Source: Bdellovibrionales bacterium (GTDB lineage Bacteria > Bdellovibrionota > Bdellovibrionia > Bdellovibrionales > UBA1609). Taken from it: a stretch of DNA of 64,000 nt. The stretch covers positions 4,429-68,428 of the forward strand of contig JBGSLV010000036.1 in NCBI GenBank assembly GCA_041740515.1, written 5' to 3'. Shown here piece after piece: positions 18,875 to 28,815 of this stretch (the stretch's first letter is position 1; every line of letters starts with the position of its first letter). The position numbers and the translations under genes are program-made. The notes under the pieces are model-generated. The model searched no databases, was not told the DNA's origin, and saw only the letters and a program-made list of their open reading frames with translations.

Positions 18875-21800
18875 TTAAAATACCGCCGCTAACCCTAAGC
18901 TTAAAGCTCGCCCCCGTTGAAAGCTTGATACCACAAAATCCCCTTGTGTGCGCGTCACATCTGGATCTAAAAGATTTTGAGCCCGGAAAGTTAAATTTAA
19001 ATTCTTTTTTATTTTTTGAATAATCGATAGATCTAGCTGATGGATCGGCTGCTCATAAGTATCTGGTCGCCCCCCATCCCCCACATCTGTAATTCGTGGT
19101 CCCACAATGTTATATACCAGGGTCGTATTTAAATTGTACCAGGGCAAAGTTACATCAACACCAAAATTTAATAAGTAGGGGGATTGACCTTGTAGTGGTC
19201 TGGAAAAAGTAGTGGAGTTTCCTTTCTCTTCAGCGGACAAACGAACCTGTGAAGCAATTAACGAATAATTGCTAAAAACTTCGGTATTAAATCCTGCACC
19301 TAAAAATTCCGTGATGTCTTTACGGATTTCAAATTCAATCCCCGAGTTACTGGCTTCACTGATATTTCGATATGATCTTATGGTATCCGTGGAATTGACC
19401 GCGTAAGCTTCAATTGGATTTTCAAAGTTTTTTAGAAATACACCAACTGAAAGTAATTCTTTGGAGGTTGGATACCAATCCCATCTAAAATCAAAGTTAG
19501 TTATCCCGGCGGCAACAAGATCAGGATTTCCTATTTCATAAATGTTGTCGTTATCATTTAAAAATCTTGCCGGTGACAACTCTTTGAAATCTGGCCTTGA
19601 TACTGTTTTGGTAAAACCAAATCTAAGAGAGTGCTTTTGACTTAAAGCAAAATTTAAACCTAATGAAGGCAGAAAATCATCGGTTGCAAGCGCAGTGTTT
19701 ACACTAGATGTTGAAGAGTTTAAATCAAATGTATTCACATTCTGAGTCGAGCGCTCGAGCCTTAGGCCATAAACAAGTTGGGGCTTGAAGTAGTCATAAC
19801 CTGTGGCTGTGTTATACTTAAAATTAAAAGTATTAGAAGCTTGGATATAAAATGCATTTACATCTTGATCGGCCAAATAATTATCCGTTGGTAGTGTTGA
19901 ATCAATTAGTCGAAAACCACCCGGCCTAATATTCTCATCACTTAAGATATCATCAAGGGCGTCTTGCCGATTATAGGCCACTTGCGAGCCCGCAGTAGAA
20001 TCATTCCTAAATTTGAATCTTCGAACGTTAAACTCTCGGTCTTTATTGATATTTTGAAAGCCTAATTTAAGTCCAACATCCATAAAGGCGGTGGCCGAAG
20101 TTTTAAGTCGAGCCTGACTTTCATAAGATATTTTAAAATCATTCAAAACTTCATTCAAAGCCGAAAAGCTTCGCTCATTGCCATACACTTTATCATCAGC
20201 AAACAATAACTGCTCATTGATTTTCAAATAGTAATACTCCCGAAAATCAGGTTCATCTAACTGCGCTTGGCTGTTAGTAAAACCCCATGTTAACTTAGGG
20301 CCTTTATCAGATGATGTAAATTTATGAACTCCTGAAATCTGCATGGTATTAAGTTCACGCTCTTGCCATCTTAGTCGATAAATATTTGCTGTATCGTCAA
20401 TATTATTTCTGCCATCTCGCTCTATGGCGACTGTCGAATTTAAACTAGAACGGGTAATTACTTGGGTCGCATTGATTTGATGGTTTTTAAAAATCTCTAA
20501 GCCTAAGCCAAAAATGCCACCAAAATTGATAGTATTTTCTGTCTGAGTATTATTGTCTTCAAGTCCAACAACCCCTTCACTTTGAGTCACCATGTCGACC
20601 CTTCGCTGCAAAATCAAATCTGTATCAGTGGCATTGGCATAGGCGAGCTTAGCTGTCCCACCAATTTTAAAAATATTTCCGCGCTTAAACCTATCCCCCA
20701 TTTCAAAGTTCATTCCAAAATTAGCCGGCAGCGAAGCTTCTTTGACATTATAATTTCGAGAAAAACTTTGACCTAAAGCTTCAATCTCTTCGCCCGTAAA
20801 ACCACTGCCATCATTCACTGCAAAAGGATTGTCATCCACAAGATTGTTGATATCTCGGTTTTGCTTTAAAACCGATTTCACAGCCTCTGGTAAGCCTCGA
20901 ATATTATTTTGATCATACCCCGTCCAATCGGAATTTGAATTGGCATGAAATAATCCACGCTCCTTTCCTGTTAATACGTCTTCGGAACTTACGCCTACAT
21001 TCACACTCATACGAGCAAAGGCCTGGTCAGGGATGGATTTGGTCGTAATGTTCACCACCCCGCCCCCAAACTCTGACAACTGATCAGCACTATAGGTTTT
21101 TTGTACTTCGATACTTTCTATGAGTGCAGACGGAAACATATCTAAGGGCACAACTCGTCTTGAAGGATCAGGGCTTGGCAACATACTTCCATTTAATAAT
21201 GTGGACGAGTACCGCTCCCCTAAGCCCCGAACATAAATATATTTTCCATCAACTAAACTTAAACCCGTCACACGCCTTAGAGCTGAAGCCGCACTGCTAT
21301 CCCCCGATTTTGCCATTTGCTCTGAACCTAAAAGATCTTTCACTGACATGGATGACTTTCGTTGATTTAACATCGAAGACACACTGCCCTTAACATGAGG
21401 TGCAATAACGGTAATTTGGTCCAAAGCAATTCCTGAAGGTTGAAGAGCCAATTCAAGTTTTGGATACTTTAAAGGCCAAGGAACTGATTCCGACCATGTC
21501 ACATAAGAGGCATGTACAACGGCCATTTCAATAACATTTTTAGTTAAATTAGATGAATTAAAACTAAGAACAAATTCACCTTGGTCATTTGTAATTGCTG
21601 TTAAATTTAAACTTGGAACTAAAACGTTAGCATTATTTATAGGTCGAAAGGATTCTTTATCCACAACTCGACCTTGAATTTTTGCATCGGTAGAATTTAA
21701 AGCTTTAATTTCGGTATTACTTGCAACGGCATTTTGAGGAAAATTTGAACCCGTACTTTCGGCATCTATAGAAGCCCTATTTAATGCTGAATATTTTGAT

Positions 21801-22435
21801 GCGTTTGAAGAGCTGCTCAAATTCATGACCGAAGGGTCAATTGAGTCTTCGGATTGAGAATTTGCAATTAAGGTTTTTGGGTGCTCGACTTGGACATTAA
21901 ATTCGTAGTCATCAAATGAAACTATGACTTGAGTTTCATTTTGGGCATAAACTGAAAATTTAACATTTCTAGTCAACTTATCTTTAAATTTATATTTTAA
22001 AACGTAAGACCCTTCCTGAAGTTGAGTGGTAAAAACTCCTTCATCAAGAACTTGATGAACCAAGATATCTTCATTTTCTTCTCGCTTTAGTGAAGTTACA
22101 GTTCCACTATCTTTAGATAGATCTTCGATTGATTCTGGATTCACCGGGGCTGATTTTACGGGTAAGATTTTAATATCGATATTTGAAGCCAAGTTATTGA
22201 ATTTAAAAAAATACAAAGTGATGGAACCAGATTTAGAGGGCTTAATTGGCTTTATTGAAGTCTTGGGATTTTGTAAGGAAGGATGGCTTCCTAAAAGATT
22301 TACGGCCAAAGAAAATTCGGGGGACTTCGATAGTGTATCTGCTAAAATTCTGGGGCTTATAGTAACCATACAACAAAAACTAATCCATGAAGTGAGGACT
22401 AATTGTCTTACACAGTAATTCAGCTTTAAGTTCAT
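18875..22435 (-). CDS. TonB-dependent receptor with a long N-terminal extension (beta-sandwich plus carboxypeptidase-regulatory-like domain)
   Basis: Plug region: LLGSEQMAKSGDSSAASALRRVTGLSLVDGKYIYVRGLGERYSSTLLNGSMLPSPDPSRRVVPLDMFPSALIESIEVQKTYSADQLSEFGGGVVNITTKS. CarbopepD_reg-like IQGRVVDKESFRPINNANVLVP...TNDQGEF. C-terminal barrel ends in ...AAVF. Start set to ATG 22435, which forms an ATGA overlap with the upstream stop. Confidence 0.9.
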   Translation of the reverse strand: MNLKLNYCVRQLVLTSWISFCCMVTISPRILADTLSKSPEFSLAVNLLGSHPSLQNPKTSIKPIKPSKSGSITLYFFKFNNLASNIDIKILPVKSAPVNPESIEDLSKDSGTVTSLKREENEDILVHQVLDEGVFTTQLQEGSYVLKYKFKDKLTRNVKFSVYAQNETQVIVSFDDYEFNVQVEHPKTLIANSQSEDSIDPSVMNLSSSSNASKYSALNRASIDAESTGSNFPQNAVASNTEIKALNSTDAKIQGRVVDKESFRPINNANVLVPSLNLTAITNDQGEFVLSFNSSNLTKNVIEMAVVHASYVTWSESVPWPLKYPKLELALQPSGIALDQITVIAPHVKGSVSSMLNQRKSSMSVKDLLGSEQMAKSGDSSAASALRRVTGLSLVDGKYIYVRGLGERYSSTLLNGSMLPSPDPSRRVVPLDMFPSALIESIEVQKTYSADQLSEFGGGVVNITTKSIPDQAFARMSVNVGVSSEDVLTGKERGLFHANSNSDWTGYDQNNIRGLPEAVKSVLKQNRDINNLVDDNPFAVNDGSGFTGEEIEALGQSFSRNYNVKEASLPANFGMNFEMGDRFKRGNIFKIGGTAKLAYANATDTDLILQRRVDMVTQSEGVVGLEDNNTQTENTINFGGIFGLGLEIFKNHQINATQVITRSSLNSTVAIERDGRNNIDDTANIYRLRWQERELNTMQISGVHKFTSSDKGPKLTWGFTNSQAQLDEPDFREYYYLKINEQLLFADDKVYGNERSFSALNEVLNDFKISYESQARLKTSATAFMDVGLKLGFQNINKDREFNVRRFKFRNDSTAGSQVAYNRQDALDDILSDENIRPGGFRLIDSTLPTDNYLADQDVNAFYIQASNTFNFKYNTATGYDYFKPQLVYGLRLERSTQNVNTFDLNSSTSSVNTALATDDFLPSLGLNFALSQKHSLRFGFTKTVSRPDFKELSPARFLNDNDNIYEIGNPDLVAAGITNFDFRWDWYPTSKELLSVGVFLKNFENPIEAYAVNSTDTIRSYRNISEASNSGIEFEIRKDITEFLGAGFNTEVFSNYSLIASQVRLSAEEKGNSTTFSRPLQGQSPYLLNFGVDVTLPWYNLNTTLVYNIVGPRITDVGDGGRPDTYEQPIHQLDLSIIQKIKKNLNLTFRAQNLLDPDVTRTQGDFVVSSFQRGRALSLGLAAVF

Positions 22436-23643
22436 ATCAAACACTTCCAAGATCCATCTTCTGCACATTCTTGAGACCAGTCTTTGAGCTTGAGAGCTTT
22501 TTTAAACATTTCTGGCGTTTTAATTTGCTGCAAATATTGTTTAGCCTTTGTTACTTTACCAATTTTTACAGCACAGTAAGCCAAAGCATAAATTAGGGAC
22601 TCATCTTCGAGTAAACCTTGACGGTTCAATTCATCTTTTAAAAAATAGGCTTCGTGAAAATTTGCAGCTTTTATTTCTAAGGCGAATCTTTGTTTAGTTT
22701 TTTTCTTGGCATCAAGTACTTTCGAGTTAAAATATTTAGCTAAAACAAGATCATTGTTTTTAAGCAAAACCTCGGCGGCTTGATAAGCGTATTTGGCATC
22801 TAAATTCGCAGCTCGTAAATACAAATCTTTTGCGGGATAAAGGCTATTTTGAGCATAATATATATACGCCAATTCCGAAGTTATATCGGCATTTAGAGGA
22901 TTAACTGCAAGTTCAGCTTCAAGAAGTTTTTTTGCAAGATGTAATTCATTTTTTTGTTTTAAGAGATTAACTAAAAACAAAAAGTATGTCTGATCAAAAT
23001 CTTTAGTAGCAGATATTAAGCTTTGGCCTTCAAGATAAAGTTCATGCAATAGCCCAAGATCGGCAAAGTACAAAGCTTTTTGTTTGATGAGATTTGAACT
23101 TCTTGGGAACTTTTGTAAAGCTCGGCTTAATATATCAAAAGCCTTATCTTGTTTTTTTAAACCCCAATAACTACTACTTAAAATCAAGTAGGATTTTTCC
23201 GTTCGATTTTTTTGTAACCTTAACGCTGAAATAGCACTTTCAAATTCATTAAGTGCAAAGTGCGATTGCGCCATAAAAGTTGCTATGGGTGTTTGATAGT
23301 CAACTTCGCCGGTGGGGTTTATAAATTTTAATTTTTTTTCAGCCTGCCTGTAATACTCTAAAGCTTTCACATATTTTTTACTTTCAAAAGCCAACATGCC
23401 TTGATAAAAATAATATCGAACCTGATCCAATGGATTTAAATGAGCAAGATTTATAGACTTAAATAAAGTTTTAGCTTTTTTAAATTCAGAATTTTTTATC
23501 AACACTTCGATAGAATTAACTTCGATTGATGGTTTTAAATCAGTCTGAACAGATGGACTTTTTATCTTAGCCAAAACTTCAAATGGTGTAATAAATCCAA
23601 GGATGAACCAAAGCAGCATCACATAACTAAAAATAGCTTTCAT
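22432..23643 (-). CDS. periplasmic TPR-repeat protein (TtpD-like position in the TonB2-type operon)
   Basis: Signal peptide plus multiple TPR-like A..YY..G / A...Y..A helices. Sits immediately after tonB. Confidence 0.7.
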   Translation of the reverse strand: MKAIFSYVMLLWFILGFITPFEVLAKIKSPSVQTDLKPSIEVNSIEVLIKNSEFKKAKTLFKSINLAHLNPLDQVRYYFYQGMLAFESKKYVKALEYYRQAEKKLKFINPTGEVDYQTPIATFMAQSHFALNEFESAISALRLQKNRTEKSYLILSSSYWGLKKQDKAFDILSRALQKFPRSSNLIKQKALYFADLGLLHELYLEGQSLISATKDFDQTYFLFLVNLLKQKNELHLAKKLLEAELAVNPLNADITSELAYIYYAQNSLYPAKDLYLRAANLDAKYAYQAAEVLLKNNDLVLAKYFNSKVLDAKKKTKQRFALEIKAANFHEAYFLKDELNRQGLLEDESLIYALAYCAVKIGKVTKAKQYLQQIKTPEMFKKALKLKDWSQECAEDGSWKCLI

Positions 23644-23670
23644 AAGTTTTTAGTTCTCCTAATCATTCAA

Positions 23671-24312
23671 CTACTCAAGTGCAAAATTAATGGTTTGATT
23701 CAACCAAACGGCAACCTTTTTACCTTTGTACTCTGCGGGTTGAAAGCGCCATTGACTGACACTGGCTTGAGCTGCGGCTTCAAAGACACCCTTGGGACTA
23801 GCTTTCAGTATATTAACTTTTTCAACTTGACCTAACTCACTGACCAATAAACTGACTTCGACAAAACCTTGAATGCCTTTCTCTGCGGCTGAAGCCGGAT
23901 AATTAAGTTCAGGCTGAGTTAAAGATTTTGGCAAAACATCAACGGCTTGAGCCGACATCACGCCGTCATTAGCGCCATTAAGCAATGCTTGACCTGCACT
24001 TAAATCCAATTCAAGGGAAGGTAAGCCAAATGAAAATCCCTCTAGCACTTGATCTAGCTCTGGGCTTAGGTCAGAGCTTTTTTTTGGTTCTGTCGAGGCC
24101 TTAGGTTGTTCTTGCGCTTGTTTTTTTTCTAAAACTTCAAATCGAGTCGTCGATTTTGCAGCATAATTTTTATTAAACGATTTTTTTTGGTTTAAGTACT
24201 GCAGCAAGGCTAAAATTAAAAACGTACATACTAAGCCAAATAGTGTGGCTTGCAGATAAATTTTAGTTGTAGGTTTAACATGATTAAAAATCATTATATC
24301 CTTAAGCTCCAA
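23671..24312 (-). CDS. tonB: TonB-family energy transducer
   Basis: N-terminal TM anchor, a K/P/E/Q-rich linker, and a C-terminal TonB fold motif YPASAAEKGIQGFVEVSLLVSELGQVEKVNILKASPKGVFEAAAQASVSQWRFQP. An alternative start at 24294 avoids the 11-nt overlap with exbD. Confidence 0.85.
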   Translation of the reverse strand: MELKDIMIFNHVKPTTKIYLQATLFGLVCTFLILALLQYLNQKKSFNKNYAAKSTTRFEVLEKKQAQEQPKASTEPKKSSDLSPELDQVLEGFSFGLPSLELDLSAGQALLNGANDGVMSAQAVDVLPKSLTQPELNYPASAAEKGIQGFVEVSLLVSELGQVEKVNILKASPKGVFEAAAQASVSQWRFQPAEYKGKKVAVWLNQTINFALE

Positions 24313-24715
24313 ACTCTTGATCTGTGGCTACACCAATATCTTTAGCACCAGCCAAACGACACTGATCAACCACTTCAATTAAAAGCTCTGACTCCACACT
24401 TTTATCAACCAAAACTAAAATAGGACTGTTTTTGTCTTCTTTTAAGGCTTCACGAATTCGACTCTGAATCATCCAAGCTTTGACGGCTTCACCATTTACA
24501 TAAATGTTTTTAAGAGGATCAATAGTGACACGAATAGATTTTGTGTCGGCGCTTTCGGCACTTGAAGCTCCTGGTCGGTCTAAGTCAATTTTCATATCTT
24601 TAACAAATGTCGTGCTGACCATAAAAAAGATTAATAAAATAAAAACCATATCCACTAAAGATGTGACATCGACAGAATCCGTACTCTCTTCAACCCTTTG
24701 TCTTGATCGTTTCAT
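24302..24715 (-). CDS. exbD: ExbD/TolR-family biopolymer transport protein
   Basis: 137 aa with VDVTSLVDMVFILLIFFMVSTTF, a single TM helix and a periplasmic domain. Confidence 0.9.
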   Translation of the reverse strand: MKRSRQRVEESTDSVDVTSLVDMVFILLIFFMVSTTFVKDMKIDLDRPGASSAESADTKSIRVTIDPLKNIYVNGEAVKAWMIQSRIREALKEDKNSPILVLVDKSVESELLIEVVDQCRLAGAKDIGVATDQEFGA

Positions 24716-24757
24716 ATTCTAATCCTTTAAAAAAGAATTTTACTTAAAAACTAGTAT

Positions 24758-25213
24758 TTAAGTTTTGGATATTCCTTGGATAATGGGTGGAAAAGCTAAC
24801 TTATTTATGCGGGTTTCAATAAATTTACTAAATAATAAACCTGGAGCTGAAATCACCAATCCCATCTGTGTGGTAAATAGAGCTTTAGAGATTCCTGAAG
24901 CTATGCCTCCAGACTGACTGTATAACTGCATTGATCCCATGGAATCAAAAGTTTCAATCATTCCGGAAACAGTTCCTAACAAACCCAAAAGTGGAGCCAC
25001 CATCAATAAACTTTTAATCAGTGAGGTGTATTGATCTTGATGGGTTTGATATAGCCTTTGATCTTCATAATCAAAGGTGTGAGATTTAATTTGATGATTA
25101 AAATATTGGTATAGACAAAATCGAAAGCCTAAACAAAACCACAGGATTAGAGCCGCTAGACCTAAGGGCCACATCACCCAACCCCCATCTATAAAAAAAT
25201 CTATGAAAAACAT
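24758..25213 (-). CDS. exbB: short MotA/TolQ/ExbB-family proton channel subunit
   Basis: 151 aa, 3 TM helices, with PLLGLLGTVSGMIETF and ISKALFTTQMGLVISAP motifs. Confidence 0.85.
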   Translation of the reverse strand: MFFIDFFIDGGWVMWPLGLAALILWFCLGFRFCLYQYFNHQIKSHTFDYEDQRLYQTHQDQYTSLIKSLLMVAPLLGLLGTVSGMIETFDSMGSMQLYSQSGGIASGISKALFTTQMGLVISAPGLLFSKFIETRINKLAFPPIIQGISKT

Positions 25214-25216
25214 TTT

Positions 25217-26584
25217 CTAAGACTCCGAAGTTGTGGCATCAAAAATTTCAAATAAATTTCTTGAAATTCGTTTAGCCCAAGAGTTCAACCAGTTGCCTAA
25301 AAGCAAACAAGGTATTGCTACTATCAAACCAAACTCTGTTGTTACTAAAGCTTCAGAAATTCCACCAGATAGCATCTTCGGATTACCTGTTCCAATCTCG
25401 GTGATGACATCAAAGGTTGCAATCATACCAGTCACTGTTCCCAGCAAACCTAACAGCGGACCTACGGCTGCGATTCCCAGTAGCACCGGAGCATAAGCCA
25501 TAATTTTTTGATCTAAAGAAAGAATCAATGTCTCAGCTTCAATTTTGGCATTTTTAATATTTAAATATTTAAGTTCAGCATACAAAGGGCCAAGAGCAGG
25601 ATGCTGTTCCCATTTTTTGGCAATCTCTTGGCTGTTGTCTTTGGTGCTATTTTTAGCATTTATGGCTTTTATAAACTCACTCTTTATCTCATCATCAAAG
25701 TTGTATTTTCTTAATATAAAAAATCTTTTAACAGCCACTACTAAGCCAAATAGCCCAAAGATAATGATGACGTACCCAATCAATCCACCCGCATTTAAAA
25801 CATCATTCAAACTTTTTTCTAGTTTAGCTTCAAAGGGTTTATTGATAGAGTCATAAATAAAAAACTTTTGTGAATCTTGAGGCTGACTCACTAAAGGATC
25901 AAAAGGCTTCGTGGTTTCCACCACTTTAAGGTGGCCCAAACCGGCCGGAGCCAAAAGTCCCATGCCACTGGTTGTATTGCCATTATCAGTGTGATTTACG
26001 GCCATTGATGAGATTAAGCCAAACTGTAAAACATCAGCAGATATTTTTTTTCCTTTTATATCAAAGATATCCATACTTACTTTCTGCACTGAGTCCGTAG
26101 TTGCTAGTAAACTTTCGGCTTCCATAAATGCTTGCTTTAAGACTTCTACTTTACTAGCTCCAGATTCAGAACCTGTGATTGTATATCCATAGCTTTTTAA
26201 AGTTTCCGTAGTTTGCTGAGCCAAAGCTTGTAATTTTCGATCTTCAGATTCTGACTTTTCAATCAACTGTTGATACGTCTGATAAGCGGCAAGCTGATTT
26301 TCGGTTTTTGCTTCTAATGAAGATAGCTCTGCCAGCTGACGAACGACTTTGGATTCAAGTTCTTTGATGGAAGATTTTAGCTCGTTAATTGTTTGTTCTT
26401 TAGCTTTCAATAAATTATTTTTTTGCGTGTTTAAATAAATATACTCCCGCTGGTAAGCTTCTTGCAATTTAATATCAGAAGCTTGGGCCGATAAATTTGT
26501 CAGCCAAGGCAAAAAGAAAATAAACCCAAAGTTTTTTAAATCTTTGAGCCCACAAACAAATAATTTAAATTTAGGCCTGATCAT
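25217..26584 (-). CDS. long MotA/TolQ/ExbB-family protein with a periplasmic coiled-coil N-domain (TtpC-like)
   Basis: 455 aa: signal peptide, about 250 aa of periplasmic coiled coil, then a C-terminal ExbB module (GPLLGLLGTVTGMIATF, ISEALVTTEFGLIVAIP). Size and position match TtpC of Vibrio TonB2 systems. Confidence 0.8.
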   Translation of the reverse strand: MIRPKFKLFVCGLKDLKNFGFIFFLPWLTNLSAQASDIKLQEAYQREYIYLNTQKNNLLKAKEQTINELKSSIKELESKVVRQLAELSSLEAKTENQLAAYQTYQQLIEKSESEDRKLQALAQQTTETLKSYGYTITGSESGASKVEVLKQAFMEAESLLATTDSVQKVSMDIFDIKGKKISADVLQFGLISSMAVNHTDNGNTTSGMGLLAPAGLGHLKVVETTKPFDPLVSQPQDSQKFFIYDSINKPFEAKLEKSLNDVLNAGGLIGYVIIIFGLFGLVVAVKRFFILRKYNFDDEIKSEFIKAINAKNSTKDNSQEIAKKWEQHPALGPLYAELKYLNIKNAKIEAETLILSLDQKIMAYAPVLLGIAAVGPLLGLLGTVTGMIATFDVITEIGTGNPKMLSGGISEALVTTEFGLIVAIPCLLLGNWLNSWAKRISRNLFEIFDATTSES

Positions 26585-27374
26585 TTTTTTCTCCCCTTTT
26601 TACATTTTGCTTAGGATTGGGTGTGCTGGATTTAATTGGAATTTTGGGAAATTCAAAATAGCCTGTTCGTATTTGTTTTTTTAAGCTTGAAAAAAAACTT
26701 TCAATGAGAAGACTTGATTGCGAATTCGGCAAAATTTTGGGCGTCCAGCCTTCAGGACTTAAGTGGATATATCCAAGCTCGCCGTTGGACAGTTTGTAAA
26801 ACATCATTAGCATTCCCACTTTAGCCACTTCAACAAGTGTGGGCTGACCGGCTAAATCAATAACATCTTTATCTATACTGATATCTTTTGCCAGTTGGAT
26901 TTCGTCTTCGACATGTGACCACAATAATTGCAAAGTTTTTTCTGGAGTATTTTTAGTTTGTAAAAAATCATTTTTTATCTGTTCAAGGGACTGTAAGCGC
27001 TCTGTTCTCTTGAATGGTAAGGATTTCTTAAGCCTTGCCGTTTCGAAATCCATAAATTGAGCTATAATTTTGTCAAATTCTGGATTTTTAAGGTCTTTTA
27101 AATTTTTGGCTTTCGCAATTTTGTCATTAATGGCATTTAGTTGCAGGTTTTGACGACGTAGCTTTGAATCTAAATCCATTTTTTCTAAAGCTAATGTTTG
27201 AATTTTTGCTTTTAGAAGTTCTTTTTCAGTTTTAAAATCATCACTTAAAGCGCCGACTTCATCACGAAGCTGCATGATTTTGGTTGCGAAGTCTGTTGAT
27301 GAAAAGGCATAAAATGGAATGTATAATACTAATACTATTAAACAGAGATACCAAAACTTTATCATCAGACACAT
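26571..27374 (-). CDS. DUF3450-like periplasmic coiled-coil protein (TtpB-like position)
   Basis: 267 aa with an N-terminal signal/anchor and a long coiled coil. First gene of the operon; overlaps the next gene by 14 nt. Confidence 0.6.
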   Translation of the reverse strand: MCLMIKFWYLCLIVLVLYIPFYAFSSTDFATKIMQLRDEVGALSDDFKTEKELLKAKIQTLALEKMDLDSKLRRQNLQLNAINDKIAKAKNLKDLKNPEFDKIIAQFMDFETARLKKSLPFKRTERLQSLEQIKNDFLQTKNTPEKTLQLLWSHVEDEIQLAKDISIDKDVIDLAGQPTLVEVAKVGMLMMFYKLSNGELGYIHLSPEGWTPKILPNSQSSLLIESFFSSLKKQIRTGYFEFPKIPIKSSTPNPKQNVKRGEKNDQA

Positions 27375-27410
27375 CCTTATAAATAAAAAAATTAAAACTG
27401 AACTTAAAAA

Positions 27411-27442
27411 AGCACCTGCATTTTTTAAAAGATGCAGGTGCT
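27411..27442 (-). terminator. rho-independent terminator downstream of the 440-aa gene
   Basis: 11-bp stem AGCACCTGCAT / ATGCAGGTGCT with a 10-nt loop. On the minus strand the stem is followed by TTTTTT. Confidence 0.7.
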
Positions 27443-27492
27443 TGAAGTCATAAGCTTTAGGATTGAAGAATAACCAACTGATCCTTTAAAAT

Positions 27493-28815
27493 TTAGTTTT
27501 GGGCCGAAGTTGTCCAACCTTCAAACCAAAGATCAGAAGCGTCTTTAACAGCTCCGACATAATCCGTTGGTATGATGGCCGCACTAAACTGCGGTACTAC
27601 TAAATTTTGAAGTTGTATTGGGTTTATAGCTGCAAATCCAGACATTGCTACGCTAAACCCAACTTTATTGCCAGCTTGTGCTGTAAACCAGTCTTGAAGT
27701 AACCATGGCTCGTCTTTTTCTAAAGGCGTAACATCTTGAGCACAAGATACATACACATTTTCAAATACGATTCCAGGTTGACGATTATTTTCGCTACTAC
27801 CTTCTAAAGCATTTCTAAATGTTTCATTGTCATCGATATCAATGCAAGAACTTTTAAAACCACTCACGATTGAATTATAGATGTAAGCGCCTGTGCCTTT
27901 TCGTAATAAAATTCCTGAACCACCAGTAGCTGTAGCACCAGTTGTGCCTAACAAAGTCATATTCGATAATGTTGGAGCCGAACGAGGCATTCTATCCATT
28001 GGTGAATCTGAATTGTCTGCTTCAATTCCATGATTGGCAGCATCGTCAAACTGTTTAATAATTACAAACTGCGCACTACCTTTCCAGCCAGCAACCCAGT
28101 CCATCGAATCATCTTTGATGCCCGTTAACACTAAATGTTTAACATTTACATTGCCGCCGTAGAATTCAACGCCATCATCAGAGTTCATGTGAACTTGAAC
28201 AAAGTCTACTAAAGTTCCACGACCAACGCCTTGAAAGGAAATACCATTTAATTCGTTGTCAGGAGTTATTTCAGAACCAGCCCATTCTACAACCACAAAA
28301 TTTAAGACACCACTGCTATCGTCTTCAAGTGGTCCACCATAATTTCCAGTAGAGCCTTCACCTGATAATTCACAAATTCCTACATCACAGCCATTAACTG
28401 GTGCATTGCCATTGATTATTAAACCACCCCAAGATCCACGAGCTCTATTGGTTTGTTTGGCAGCTGTAAAGACAACGGGTTCTGTTTTAGTTCCTTGAGC
28501 CATAATTTGCGCGCCACGATCAATGACTAAAAAATCTTTAGTTGTTTGACCGTAAACTTTGGTACCTTTTTCTATTGTTAATTTTACTTTGGACTCAGAT
28601 GAGTCTGTGATCATTTTGTTAGAACCCACAAAAACGCCACCGGACAAAATCCAATTTTTCGAACTGTCTAAAGTTAAATCGGTAGTGATATTTCCTGCTA
28701 GTACACAAGAGTCTTTACCAAAAGCTTTTGGACCAGATGTTGTACCTGTAGGACACACAGCAAATGCTGCACTTCCAAGTGTTAATGATAATAAAATGGC
28801 TATTTTAGAATACAT
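27493..28815 (-). CDS. secreted protein of unknown function, probably beta-helical (440 aa)
   Basis: Signal peptide MYSKIAILLSLTLGSAAFA. Repetitive G/N/D-rich strands (GGLIINGNAPVNGC, NGISFQGVGRGTLVDFVQVHMNSDDGVEFYGGNVNVKHLVLTGIKDDSMDW). Strong G-rich RBS. Confidence 0.7.
   Translation of the reverse strand: MYSKIAILLSLTLGSAAFAVCPTGTTSGPKAFGKDSCVLAGNITTDLTLDSSKNWILSGGVFVGSNKMITDSSESKVKLTIEKGTKVYGQTTKDFLVIDRGAQIMAQGTKTEPVVFTAAKQTNRARGSWGGLIINGNAPVNGCDVGICELSGEGSTGNYGGPLEDDSSGVLNFVVVEWAGSEITPDNELNGISFQGVGRGTLVDFVQVHMNSDDGVEFYGGNVNVKHLVLTGIKDDSMDWVAGWKGSAQFVIIKQFDDAANHGIEADNSDSPMDRMPRSAPTLSNMTLLGTTGATATGGSGILLRKGTGAYIYNSIVSGFKSSCIDIDDNETFRNALEGSSENNRQPGIVFENVYVSCAQDVTPLEKDEPWLLQDWFTAQAGNKVGFSVAMSGFAAINPIQLQNLVVPQFSAAIIPTDYVGAVKDASDLWFEGWTTSAQN

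Noticed and set aside
18670-19023. 117-aa plus-strand ORF bridging the hydrolase start and the receptor end
   Set aside because: Low-complexity K/F/L-rich translation that overlaps two well-supported minus-strand genes and their spacer. No RBS.
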